Origin: Phallusia mammillata | Taxonomy: Eukaryota | Assembly: GCA_965637545.1 (NCBI GenBank) | Contig: OZ281494.1 | Location: forward strand, 28,830,001 to 28,894,000 | Length of the DNA stretch: 64,000 nt | Direction of reading: 5' to 3' | Shown: in pieces, positions 36,701 to 49,560 of the stretch | Layout of the letters: every line of letters starts with the position of its first letter | Numbering within the stretch: the stretch's first letter is position 1 | Program-made: the position numbers and the translations under genes | The notes under the pieces: generated by a model | The model's input: the letters and a program-made list of their open reading frames with translations, nothing else | Database searches by the model: none | What the model was told of the DNA's origin: nothing

Positions 36701-39700
36701 AGTTGAGGGCTCCGAGTCCGCTTCTGATTTTAAACTGCCAGTAAAAAAATGCTGATGTTACCTAATATCAACTCATACCAAAAGTTTGTTCTTTATAAAT
36801 TTAGGCGAACTGGTAGTCTATTACGCTATTCCATTTGCAAATATTTTCCTAATTTAGTTTCTTTCTGGCACAATTTTCGTAACACATTCGTTAAGTATGC
36901 CCGTTAACTCCCTGTCCTAACCGTTAACTTGGTGCAGCAAACTTAACTGTCGCCATTACAACGATGTTTTAAGAAAAAACTGAACTACAGTAACGTGACT
37001 GTAACAGTGGTATGTGCTTGTTTAGTTTTCCGAGGCCACGGGCCCGAAACGAATTTACCACAAAAAGTGAAATTGCTATTTGGTTAGAACCACGTCGGGC
37101 ATGAAAAGCCCTCGTTCGTCTGCGTTACGCGCTGTCAGTTTGCCAGGAACACGCTCCGAATTCCAAACTTGGCAACTTTAGGTGTGGCAATGACTTTTGA
37201 TAAGTGACGTGATAAAGGCAATGCATGTTAAGCCAGTGGGTAGTCTGGTATTCAAAGAACCCGTCACAGCCAAAACTGCGGACGGTGATGGGAGAATAGC
37301 CGAATTTTAACATAAACTAATTAGTCATAAATAAACAAGTCTAGCCGTGCTGGGCGCCACTTAACTTTACAATATACACAAGACCACCATTACAATTACG
37401 TGATCTGTTTGGACCACTAAATAATGACATTGCATTTAGGAATCGATATGGGTGGCTTTTGCAGAGTTTATCTTAATGGTGTGTGGCATCGACCGACACG
37501 TATGACACGTTGCAGTTGCTGGAATTAATAACAAGCTAGATACGCGGCTCTTTGACAAATTTGTTCGTCGACTTACAGTTCCCACAATAGTTGCATTTCA
37601 GCATGACAAATCTGTTTTTACCGATAAAAAGAGTTCAAATTAATCTTACCTTTGTCGGTCTGCCTTTGATGAGCGTTTGCTGGCACCAGCGTCCTCTCTT
37701 ATCTTTGGACTGGTTTGCTCTTCTACCGGCTCTTTTCCGGGTTTTTCGTCCGGCTTGGATCTTGGAGGAGTTCGGGATCGCCTGCTGCTTCCTCCAGGTG
37801 ACTTTGATCGCTTCAGAAGCGACCTCTTCCTCCTGAGACTCGGAGAGATATATTTGCCCTCCTGGTTTCCACCCAACAAGCTCCGAAGCTGAAAACCGAT
37901 TCCGGATTTCGTCGTGGTAGTGGAGGCAGTGTCGGACGAGTCGTCACCGTGATCGTCACGTGACTTCCTCCTCGGAAGTGTGTGGGCTTCCGCGGGCGGA
38001 GTCTGTTTTTCCTCTGTAGATCCTTTGGATAAAGAACGGGTGTGGGATCTCACAGATGCAGGAGTAGAGATTGGAGTTGGAGTGCCGTCTGAGAAGCCGG
38101 AGGTCGGTGCTCTCTCCTCTGTGGATGGAGAAGGAGGAGGTGATGAAGAAGATGTTGCTCCGGACGCGCTGCCAATCTTAGATCTTCCAGTTTCGTCGGT
38201 TCCTATTCCGCTACTGGCACGGGATTTTGATTCACCAGCGCTGTTTAGATAAAAGTTATCGTAGTCTACAGGATAGCGGGGCACGGGTGGTTTGGGTTTG
38301 TATGGCGACTCAGGCGGTTTGATATTATCCAAAATCTCCTGGACTCTGTTCTTTGCTTCTTTTTGTTCTTCAGATTCCAAAGGAGGCTGTACGACACTAT
38401 GGTGCCCGCCTTCCAATTTGAACGGAACCTCTTCGTATGGATTTACGATTCCGTCGTCAAGATTTTCATCGTAGTCCAACTGCCCGACGGGGAACGGTCG
38501 ATATTCTTTTGTCTGTTCGGAGTGGTTTTCACCTGCTAAACCACGGAGAGTTGGAGACGAGGCTGTGGTCGCCAAATGGTGTCTATCTTCCTCCCTAGAA
38601 CGGATAGGTGAAGTAGGTTTCTTCTCGTTGCGTTTTAATGACAAATTACGGGAAGCGTCAGTGAGATTTTGTCGTATATCCGGAGTTGTACGAGTTGGCG
38701 ACAACTCCTTCTTTCGACCTCGAGTTTGAGGTACAGGCTTTCGGGGTTCAGTTTCTTCAAAGTCGCCAACGCTACGAGATGGCCCTTTTTCCAAATACTC
38801 GCGTTCAAATGTGTCGCTACTTTCGTTTGCTGCAGTTGTGCGAGCACGAGGCAAAGTCGACGGCTGTTGCTGCTGTTGTTTATTGTCGCCGATACGCTTT
38901 TCGAGTCGACGTGCGCTTGGTGATTTTACTTGCAGTGATTCAAGCTTGCTGGCACTGCCTTTCGAGCGCTGTATATTTCCTTTATGGCGGTCTAAAGCGC
39001 TGACAGCCGAACTGTGGCGGGCCAGATGTGTCTCGGTGGCTGGGAGTGGCAGGCTAGACCTGCTACCAGCAGTTTGCCTTGATAAGCCAAGTTCAGAAGA
39101 CAGCGAGTCGTTGACCCGATTGCTGGACAGCTGTTGAGCCTTAATCGCACGTCCGGTATCGCTTTTCTTTTTAACTGCCTTGGCGTACTTGGTAGACGTT
39201 GGCTTGTCACGTTTTTGCTCGTCAGCTCGTTGTGCCTCGGCGGCGCGTCGTGTCTCCCCTGCGGCGAGAAAACAAAACCGGAATGTAACGCGTTGTGAAA
39301 GTACGACGGAAAGCCTTTAAGTAACCACGGAAACATTGTAATTAGCAAACCCAGCACATCGCTCACTACTACCCGAATATATACATATATATATATATAT
39401 ATCCACATATCGGTGGTAATTTCGCAAAATCTAAACGCGTGACATGTCTGCTGTCGCGCAATGGGGCTTAGAAATACCAGCCTTATGACACAACTGACCT
39501 AAACAGTGTTACCCTTACACCTGGCCTAAATTCCTAAACCTAAACGCCTTGTTAACTGAATCTGAACAGCAGTTATTAAACTCTCCTGTCTTCGCTGTAC
39601 GGGCGCTAAGCTGCTATGAAGACAGCCTTAGAGGCTTTCAACACACAGCCTAAGTGGAAGCCTTTGTGCTGACGGCTTTTGTTTGCATATGGGTCAATCA

Positions 39701-42700
39701 TTACACACGTCTGCTGTTTCATCGGCGCACAATGTCAATGCCGAGGCCTGAAAGCGCAACTATTGCTGTTAAGACTTAGATGGTGACAAAGCGCTTTCTC
39801 ATATCTGACTATTAATCATATTAGTGACAAACCAATTGGCTTAAGCGTTACGGTTGAACGCGCACTAAAACTTTTAATGACGTCGTTTTACGTCTCGAGT
39901 ATTCTTGAGTAGTAGAAGTTATAAAGTGGCAAGGCATAAACTGTAAAAGGCTGCAGCGTATTAAGTCAAAAGACCGATATGTTATATATATTACCCAGTC
40001 GAAGTAGGTTTAAAGCACAACCGATGTATCTGTATTTTTATGTTATGCCCGCATTACTACAAAGAGTGGTAATTTGTGGAAGGCAATTTACTAGCATAAG
40101 CTTGGAAAGCTAAACAAACTGTTCACTTTCAAATTCAAAATAATATGTTTTTTTACTCAAGATTCGTTGGCATAAAATGAACTTTTTGTTACAAATTGTT
40201 CGTTAAATACATCGACAAAACCATACCTCCATAGTTCTCCAAGTTATCATATCCAATTTCATCGACCCCATTATCTTTTAAACCTCCATCAGAGCGACTT
40301 CGAACGTGGACAGGTGTCGGAGGCGGCTTGAACTCGGGTGCTCCTCTTTTGGCCGGAACGGGTGTCTTTTGTTTCACGCTAAAATCCAATGGAAAATTTG
40401 GTGTGTCGCTTAAGTTGCCATCATCCTGCTCTGAGTGACGCCTCGTCTTCTTTAAAGTGCCGACAGTCTCGTTGAACTCGTGAACTGATGACATTATGGA
40501 GGACGGAGTCGGCTCCATGTCATTGCAGCTTCCGGAAGACGGTGAACGGTGGAACATCCCTGAGTGCTCCCTGGATATTGTCGGGGGAGGAGGAGAATGG
40601 AGCTCTTCGAATGTTGGCTCCATCCTGGATAAATCCACCATTCCATATGGAGCGACATCCTGGACAATCTTTTCTTCCATCGGTGACTGGGGCTGCTTTA
40701 CTTCTTTAGCAGACGACCGTGATCCCTCAGCACTTCTGCCTCCACTAACAGAGGACTCAGAAAATCGGCTTTCCCTGGATGTTGCACGCTTGAGACTGTT
40801 CCTCGAAGATGGAACGCTTCCCGAATCCTCATCACTTATAAATTCATACACTCCTTCTTTGTCGGTCGCTGAATCCCTAGATGTTGAACGTATCACGGAG
40901 CTTGTGTTGCTTCTACCATCCCAGGAACGCTCTCCAGCGCTTTGCTCTCGCATGAGAAGCGGGAAAGGTTTCGGCTCCACCTGCTGTTGTTGTTGAAAAG
41001 CGGTTTTGTGTTTCTGATCACCGCCGGAAATCGGGTTACTTTGCCATTTAACAGAAGCATCTGATTCCTCGGAAGAGGTGGTGGAATGCACTGTGGTGCT
41101 GCCGCTCTCTCGTACCGAATACTCTGACATCGCTGTTTCAGTTTCGGTGGTTTCCCCGTCGGCCATGTCGTCATCGCTGTCGTCAGCAAGTCGCCTGCGA
41201 GAGGAACATACACTGCTGCTCAACATGCTCTCCAATGGCGACGCGCTGCGACCCTTGCGCGAAGAAATCGAATATTCGTCGGCAAACATCGATGCGTCGT
41301 CCTCGGTAACTGAGGAAGCACAAGAGGAAGAATCCCCGAAAGTGCTGTCCTCTTCGAGGATTGGTGCAAGTGGCTCATCAACCAGTGAACGGGCCCGCAT
41401 TTCTTCAGGAGAGAACTGCTGTACTAACAAGTGCTGTTGCATCAAGGCCGAGGATGGCGCAGCTGACGACGACGCATTGCCTTGTGATTGAAAGCTTGGT
41501 TGACTTGGCTGAGGCATAGGCGATGGCAAATGGGGCACACGAGGAGTGGTGGCAGCGTTTTGTGGTGACACATTCAATTTAAGTGCCGGTTTCGGACGCT
41601 TGGGTTCAGCAATTGATTTCTCCTGCTCTGTCGGTGTAACGACTGGTGAAACCTGCGTTTCAGCAATTTGCTTTGCTGAATGACGGTTAAACTTCAACTG
41701 TTTCGGAGGTAGCTTCGGCGGTGGGGCAGGTGAATTGCTTTTTGAATCTTGTCCGAGATTTTCTTTCAGTTTCTGATATTCATACTCCAGTTCGCCGATG
41801 GCGCTGCGAAAATCATTTGTCGCAGATTTATTAGACGGCTGGCCTTGAACAGGCGACATCTGACTAGTCTTGTCTGTTTTGAAAGTAGTTCTACTGTCGG
41901 GTATCTGCACGTTGCGGTCTGGACGCGTTGCAGTCTTATCGTTACTGCGCCTGGCATTCGTATCTTCGCCACGTTGACGCGATGCATCTAAAAGCATTTG
42001 CTGCTGTCGACGTAGTTCTTCTTTTTCTCGCTTCTGTCGTACTTTTTCCATAATATCCATATTGTCGTAGTAGAGGATCTCCTCTTCGATGTCGCGCTGT
42101 GGTTTTTCTGGCACTGGGAACGGGTTTGAACCGTCGTCTGACCAGTACTGCAAGGTCCCTTTCACTTGGGCAACGGGCTGCTGAATCTTTCTACTGTTGC
42201 TGCTGCTTTTCGTCACGTTTGGTCGCCCAGCAGAACTGTTTAAACTTGACGCTTCGCTCGACTGCGCTCCTTTATTCCCGCACCCTTCGACTTCGACAAA
42301 ACGCTGTTGTTTGCCCATTCCGCGCGTGCTCGGCATATCCTCGGGCGTAGCGCGCTCGCAATCGATTCTTTGCGGTGGGCGCAAGACATCACTTACGACA
42401 ACACCCGCCGCATTCTGCTGATGATTATTTGCCCCACCGTTTGTAGTAGCAACTTGCCACACGCCGTCGCCCTTTGGTGGCTCGGGAGGCGGAGGCAAAT
42501 CTGGCGGTGGGGGCAAATCTGAAAAGTCCACTGCGTGATTTGAGTTGAATTTACTGGCTTTCGGGTACGCTGGCATCGCAAATGCTGCCTCTATAGTCGA
42601 CACTGTGTCCTGTGAAAGTTTTCCCACTTCAGCTGTAAGAACTGGAGTTTCATCAACTGCGGACGGCGACTTTGGCAGCCCTGAGGCGGACGTCGAGTCG

Positions 42701-44228
42701 CTTTTAAACAATTTCTTCTTTTCCGTCGGCGAGATAAGGGAGTTGATGAGTTTGGTTTCAAACTCGTGTTCGTATCTCTGCTTCAGATCGCTGAGATTGT
42801 GCGACGATTCGACTCGTTCGCGCGGTTTATCATTATTCAACGACCAGGGCTGTTCATTTAAATAGGCAAGCTCCGCGGCTGTGGGTGCAGTAGCAATCAA
42901 CTCGGCCTCACGTGATTGATATTCCGGTTCGTGATTGGTCACTGACACTTCGTTTGTTTCCATTCCGAACGACTCAAGGTCTTTCATAGCTAAAATGTCT
43001 TTAAACAGTTCGTTAGCCGTTGGATTAGGACCGTTTCTCCTGGTGGACTCCATTGACTGATTATTGTTGAATACTGGGTCGGGCTCAGGTTTCTTAAACT
43101 TGATTTTCATTTTTTCAAACTTTTGGCGCTTTTCAGATACTGGAGCGTTTGAAAGTTCATCCGATTCTACAGGTCCGGGACTCAATGTCCCGTTTGCCAT
43201 TTGCGTGTCAGGTTTGAGATCCAGCGGGGCCGGGCGCATTTTTGGCTTACTGGCCACTTTGGGTGGGACCTTTCTCCCGTCTTGCGGTGCCAACATTGCC
43301 GGCCTTGTTGCTACTGACACAGGACTATCCATCGTAACCTTAGGGCTCAGTCTTGGTGATTCAGGTTTCGTTGCTGGTCTGTTCACTGCAGAAGCATGCT
43401 TTGATCCAATGTTATTTTCCAAATGAGATATTCCAGGCGAATGATTCAGCAACGCTGGGTACGGAACAGGCTTTTTATCATTCTGTTGCCCTGACAAAAT
43501 CTTTGGCTTATTCGCTAAGCTCGGAGCCGACACCCTGCGTATGACCCTCGCGTTAAACTTGAACACGTTCTCACCACTGCCCGACCTTGCCTGATCTGGA
43601 CTTGTGAGTAGAGCGCGGGGCTTTGGCGCCACAAACGGTTTCGGAGACAAAATCGATGGCTTGCTAATTGCTGATTTGGCTCTCGGTAGCGTCAGCGATT
43701 TTTCTGCGTTATTGCTGTTGTTGAAATTTCTACCGCTTATCGGACTGTAGTTGTCGGTCGAGTAACAGCTCGCATTCGATAAATTGTTCTCGTAGGAAAT
43801 CGCTGCCGGCGGAGTTACTCCATCCAGGCTAGAGCGGCGTTTTTCGCGCGCCGCAAAATCGTCTTCACGCCTCGCCGCCTCTGCTACCTGCCTTCCACCG
43901 TGCTGTGTTTGTTTGCATTCCGCGAGCGTAGCGCCCAGGGCGACGTTTTCTTTCCACACCAGTCCGTCGTGCGGCTTTATCTCGACATTTCGGGCCATTT
44001 CGACCGAGGCCGACATCGCGCCGCTTCCTCTCGCGTCTGGTTTGTCGCGCGTTTTGGAATTCTTGTAGTTTGTTTTGAAGCGCCGTCGATCGGTCAAGTC
44101 GACTGGATGGGTCGGCCTGTCGCAGTAAAGTATGCACTTGATGTCCGACCAACTGCACGGGTTGATTGATGGATGAGTATAGAACACTTGATTACATGCT
44201 TCGGACAGTGAAAGCAAAACTGAATCCA
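24795..44228 (-). CDS. PEAK1/PRAG1 (SgK269/SgK223)-family pseudokinase scaffold, at least 2,689 aa, with a long disordered N-terminus
   Basis: Exons 44228 (internal ATG 44016)-40227, 39258-37650, 36734-36480, 36068-35773, 33578-33437, 32291-32104, 31981-31869, 30183-29984, 27785-27585, 27323-27176, 26779-26606, 26061-25858, 25544-24795 all join in phase (8070 nt from ATG 44016). PEAK-type motifs: SWSDVALESHRPLC, LPAHPNTCGVCSHF, EYHRQVLITVLQLLQGMRHL, QCALWGP, LELWIEMEQAKLVNSLA, KHQYFA. Cannot be assigned to PEAK1, PRAG1 or PEAK3 from sequence alone. Confidence 0.88.
27902..28030 (+). mobile_element. Degenerate hAT MITE left end with an internal 21-bp direct repeat
   Basis: CAGTCCTCTTTAACCTGGGTGCAC resembles the left end at 57710. 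AAATATTTGCATTTTAGTAGC occurs at 27981 and 28009. Confidence 0.4.
29125..29168 (-). ncRNA. Minimal type I hammerhead ribozyme motif of the Penelope-retroelement class
   Basis: Minus strand ATATCA-CTGATGA-T-GGCA-CGAGCATT-TGCC-GAAAC-GTT-TGAATAATAAA. Core CUGAUGA and GAAAC, 4-bp stem II, palindromic stem III (AACGTT), short stem I, followed by AATAAA. Confidence 0.6.
34850..35221. mobile_element. hAT Blackjack-like MITE
   Basis: 13-bp perfect TIRs TAGGCCTACCATA and TATGGTAGGCCTA; 8-bp TSD TTTTAAGA/TTCTAAGA (7 of 8); subterminal GTCCTC repeats. Confidence 0.8.
39377..39402. repeat. (AT)n microsatellite
   Basis: ATATATACATATATATATATATATAT. Confidence 0.9.
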
Positions 44229-45387
44229 CTAAGGGAGTAAATGACAAAACGGAAAACACACATAAATGCCTATACAGAAAAAAGTACCTGAAAAAAATAA
44301 GACAACTTTGTAAATATAATTGACACGTTTTTTGTGCGCTTTATGTTTTACACTCTTACTTTTTACTCATAACCTGCGTCGTATCCACCTTAAGGTCATT
44401 ATGAAATAAATTTGTATTTAAGGTTTATTATTTTTATTCACACAGTGATGAGTTGTAGTCGACCGGGTTTCCATGTTAAACGTGATAATAGTGTTGTTAC
44501 ATTTTTTTCAAAATACCGGAACTCTTGTTTAACGTTACAACATCGTGGCTGCAGCGGCGATAGTCTGTTTACGACCACAGAAGCTTTCTCCTAAAGTTTA
44601 AAACATTTTACACAGTGGCGATTGCGTGAAGTAGGTACCATAGATTAGGACTATTAGCAAAGTCTGACTCATTATAGTACAACGGGAAAGTTCATGTTGT
44701 GGAAGATTGTAAAAGGATACTCACACAATTATTTGCTTTGATAAATTCAAGGTTACTTATTGCCGTGTTATTATATAGTTTTGAAAGATGAAAGCTGCAA
44801 ACAATACTTTTACAACCTTTTTTTTCGTGCAATATATTTTTACAATGATCTGCTTGTTTAAACGAAAAAAAAACCTTAAACGAAAAGTTGAGGAAACACG
44901 AAAATACACTACAAAAAGTTATTTTCATAATTTGTAGCAAAAATATATTTCGGAGTTCAAACTTGTCAACAATCGTTATTGACTCAAACCCGAAAAATCC
45001 CCAATGACGTCAAAAATAGGGGCCACTAACACACAAATGACCCAGCAAGACGTCATCTCTGAAACGTCACGAACCATTTTCGGGCAATCGATTAACTAAA
45101 CTTTTTAAACACGACCGAAAGATTGCAGACGCGATAAGTACTATATCTGTTTCAAACGTGTTGTTCCTTGGCCTACTACAGATAATAATTCACCCAGTCA
45201 CCCACTATTTGGGGTTGTTTTCGTGGCGGAATTCGACCTCGTCTGACCGAACCCCCAATTGGGTCCTCACCCAGGGGTCGACCACACAATCGAATGTTGT
45301 TGACGTCACAAACCGAGACAATGAGTGTACTGTTACGTGGGAAACACTACGGGCTCCCTGCATGTTATAATGTGGCTTCTGGGTAAC

Positions 45388-45435
45388 TTGATAAAGGCTG
45401 AAGTGCATGGGATTAGGGGCGAACTCGTACAATGG
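45388..45435 (+). mobile_element. Possible LINE (CR1/L2-like) reverse transcriptase fragment
   Basis: Translates LIKAEVHGIRGELVQW, matching the LLxKLxxxGIxGxLLxW segment of non-LTR RTs. Flanks are frameshifted or stopped. Confidence 0.4.
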
Positions 45436-48400
45436 AAATCGAATGCCACTGTTGCATCTCTTGATGTGACACCAAATAAGATTTGGGGACAAAAAATTTG
45501 ATGGAATGTTTTTCTTGTGTTACTACAAACCTAATGTTGGGAATTCCACATGGATAGAATTTGCGATAATTTAATTATTTCATATGTTTTGAAAACTGTA
45601 ATAAAAAACGCTCTTAAAACTTGTTAATCTTTATTGCCACCATGCGGTTAGGCCTTTTTGTTCTCAAGTTGGACTTAGAAGTTACTTGCTTTAGTGCAGA
45701 TTAAAGTTACGTAATGTTGAGATAAAACGGCATTTAACGCATGTAGTAGTAATTTGATTTTCAGAGATTGAGAAGTTTTTCAATTTAATGCAAATATATT
45801 ACCTCCTGAAGTCAATACCCGAGTAATAAGAGTAGCACATTTAAAACACACCGTTGTGTTAAAATGGCTTAGTCGGACATAGCACCGACGTGGAATAGAT
45901 GAAAAACACATTATCAGTGTCTTGCAACGAAAACCACTATTTTCACACTCTAAACGGGTCACGCTTGAACGGCTGTCGGCTAACCAGCAACCCACCGCCA
46001 CGCCTGGTGGAACTCCACATTATTGGGGCGTGTGATTTTTAGGTAAACCGACCGTAATTGGAAACTCAATGTCGATATGGTTCACACAAGCACTTGCCTA
46101 ATGTTGGTGGTTCGGTTTGAAAACGTTTAACTGCACCACATGAGAGGGCGGTACATTTACGGAAAACAGCTGTACATGGCAGTAATGGGTTACTGAGCTT
46201 TAGACGAGATCAATACGAAACCCGCCTAAGATTGAAACGGTTTGTCCGCTATCTGAAACGGTTGTAGTCGTTCTATTTTGGGTAAAACTGAGTTTCAAAA
46301 CCCTGCAACCCATTTAATATTTATCAGGAATATTTTGCACATTTTAGAATACGGTTTTTAAAGCATTCCCCGTATGTTTGTTTAATTTCGACGTATCCCT
46401 TCTGGATTCTGGATAAACTCAATTAGATACAACTTTTTATGCTAGAAACTTGAATTAGCTTCAATCAACTTTCAACCACGATCAAATAATCATCGTCTTT
46501 ATAAATTCTAAACCTACACGTTTTACCACAGATATGAACAACAAACTTTACCGCTTCTCTCTACAACCACAAACACATTTAAACACACCTAAACGTTAAA
46601 AGTTACCCTAATTTTTCGCCACAGGTGTTTTACTGTCTTGCCGCAACAACAAGGCACACAATGCAGGTCAACATATCAACTTCATTCACGGTCAAAGTAC
46701 CGTTAAACGCAAACAGTTTCGCGGTGTTCGTGGGGTAAACCAAGGATCGCAACTTGAACCCGCAAAGCCAAGTAGCGGACTTTGCGTGACAAGGGAACCG
46801 ACAAGCGGATTCCTACCTCACAGAAATAAAGCTCGACCGCCATTGTCTTGTCACAAAGGCATTTCGAGAGATCGGGTCAAAATTTGTATGAACCCGAATT
46901 GGCGATCTATTGTGCCCTGAAAATGTCTTGGTCAAATAGGTTCGCCGCGTTCAAATACGTTCCAATACGTTCCAATTTGATCGCGCCAACGACCTAAAAT
47001 CGCAGTAGCGATCTTTAATGTAAAATATATTATTGTAGTAAGGTGTGTGGGCATTAAAATTTACACATATATATGTTTTTAATTTGTGGCATCTAACGCA
47101 CAAAAATGCGATTTCTGGTGTACTAATATTTGGGTAAACCAACAACGTAACAAATAACGGCACAAAACGCTTAACAAATGAAAAACCCGCTACCTGTTTT
47201 ATTTTTCACCCAAACAAGTTTGTTATATATCTTATCAAATAAATACTGAAAGAGCAACTATCAAAAAAATGCTTCACATCAAATATTATCCAACAACACT
47301 GCAGCTTCTAACCTGACATACTAAAGCTGACAACTAAACCCAACACTTTAACTTCCTTCACCACCAACCGCACAACGCTCGCCTAAACTGCTCCACAAAG
47401 GTTACAAACTGCTCCAAGCGACGAAGAAGGGACACGACCACCAAATGTTACCGATCCGGCCAATTGAAAATGGATATAACCTCCTAAAAACTGTCGCCAA
47501 GGACCCGGTGCACGGGAACAAAAGACCCAAAGCAGCCGTAGCCTGTTTACGTAAATGCACCAGCGCAGAAAAATGTCCTTCCCACGACTATACAGTGAGG
47601 AGGGTGGCGGGTGGATAAAGTTGGGGGCGACAGGTGGCCAGGTTCGGGGTTGCTGTTGCCTTCACCCTCCGATTGTCCGCCTATTGTTTTCGCGACTGTT
47701 TTACGCGTGGCCTGGTATTGCATTGATTTTTTACCCAACCTGCTTAAAGGGTCACCGACTTTTGAGCGAGTGTCGCAGGTTATGCCTCTTGACCATAAGC
47801 GCTCAAAACACCAAGCAATTATGCTGTGCAATTTCTATGCTACAACCAGGCGGTTATGCGGTAATTGATTGCGATGGACAGCTATGAAAAACTCATGTTG
47901 ACTATTGATGTACATCTATTGACACTTTCTTGTCTAACATGAACACATCTGTTGCACTAAGCACTTATCGTTATTCTGTGACCTTATTAAATATACATTA
48001 TTCAAAGCTTAGCAATTAGGTGGGTGTTTGCGATTAAACGATACGAGTGTTTCAGCTTATACGTTACAATACGTTGCTGAATAATGCTTTAATACATTTG
48101 GACAAAAAGTCGTGGCTACAACAGGCATATACGACAATTCGAAGATGGTAAAGAGGTTACAGGAGATTGTAGTTCAGACATAATAACGTTTACTACCAGC
48201 TGTGCTATAGCATTCCCCATACCTGGTTCAATAAAACACACGCAATAAAGCGTATCCCACCAATAAAAAGCATCACCATCAATCAATAAAACCACCAGTA
48301 GCAATCGTTTACGTTAATGGCCCGATCAACCAGACAATTGGTTTCCAAACTGTTTAGTTGAGATCTATCGGCAGGAAAACTAGCGCAGTTTTCCGGCTTT

Positions 48401-49504
48401 GCGCACGTATTTTCACTGGCCGTGTCGCCGCTTCAGTGCAATGGTGCCTTCTGAAAGGCGCCCACGGTTCATTTGAAGCCAATAACAGTGACATCTACGA
48501 ACGCTCTTAACTTGTTGCTGTCCATTTAGAATTGCTTTGACAGTGCAAACTTCCCGAACAAGGAAAACAAAAACAGTTTTTTCTGCAAAGTTTGAGTTTT
48601 GCGAAAATAGTTCGAAAAGCAAACTGCATGTTTCATACTAAAAGCAGAAATCCTAAAAATATCAACTACTTTGAAACGTATATATTAGGTGATCAGAAAC
48701 AAATAAAACATTAAACGACGTTAACAAGCAGAATAAATTCCAGTTTACGCGGGAAACTGGTTAAACAAACTACTAATGTGTGTTTTAAATCTTTTCTAAC
48801 TGTTCTCACTGTATTTATTAAAAAAAACTTACTGACTATTTAATCACCTTGCTGTTCCAATTCGAAAAATTCAATCCAAACATTTCGATCTGGGCCAACA
48901 GTAAGTGGAAAAATGTAACCAAACAAAACCGTCTTCGTGGACATTGTTTTGATACAAATTGAATTATTATATTTTATTTATCTGCGCACATAATCAAAAC
49001 GCGCACATTGCGGATCAATAAAAACTTCTTTTCTACACTACAGCCTCAACGTTAAACGTCACTGGCCCACTGACCAAAAACCTGAATTCCTTTGCACACT
49101 GCTGTGTATATGCACCTTCTATTCTGCACCAACTACCGTGAGATGTCTTACGGCTTTAAGCAAGACGCTAAACCTCTACTTTGTAAATAAGTGTCCTGAG
49201 TATAAAGACACAAAACAACAACAAAAATTCACTCATTGTCTGTCAGTAGTGCATGGCGGTTCGGCTCATAATGTAAATAGACCCACACCCATACACGTGT
49301 TTTGTGCCTTATAGCTAATCATACTCGAGTAACGTCTTTGCTGCGAATATCTAAAAATTTTATGAAGACTGTATCGTCGTTGAAGACTAAATACTTTTAG
49401 CAAAAGATTACTTCCCATCAAAACAACAAAACTGCAAAGGAAATTTACCCATAAAAACCTGTAGCAAGCTTAAACTAATGCTGTAGGGTACTTTCTATTG
49501 CGAT

Positions 49505-49560
49505 TTTTATCAATTTCAGCCCTTTGATTTTTTTTTTTTTTATCAATTTCAGCCCTTTGA
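49505..49560. repeat. 23-bp direct repeat separated by a T run
   Basis: TTTTATCAATTTCAGCCCTTTGA at 49505-49527 and 49538-49560. Confidence 0.85.

Noticed and set aside
35826-44169. Many plus-strand and alternate-frame ORFs of 60-170 aa over the large pseudokinase exons
   Set aside because: They are shadow ORFs of a GC-rich, Ser/Pro/Arg low-complexity coding sequence, with no domain signature or splice structure of their own.
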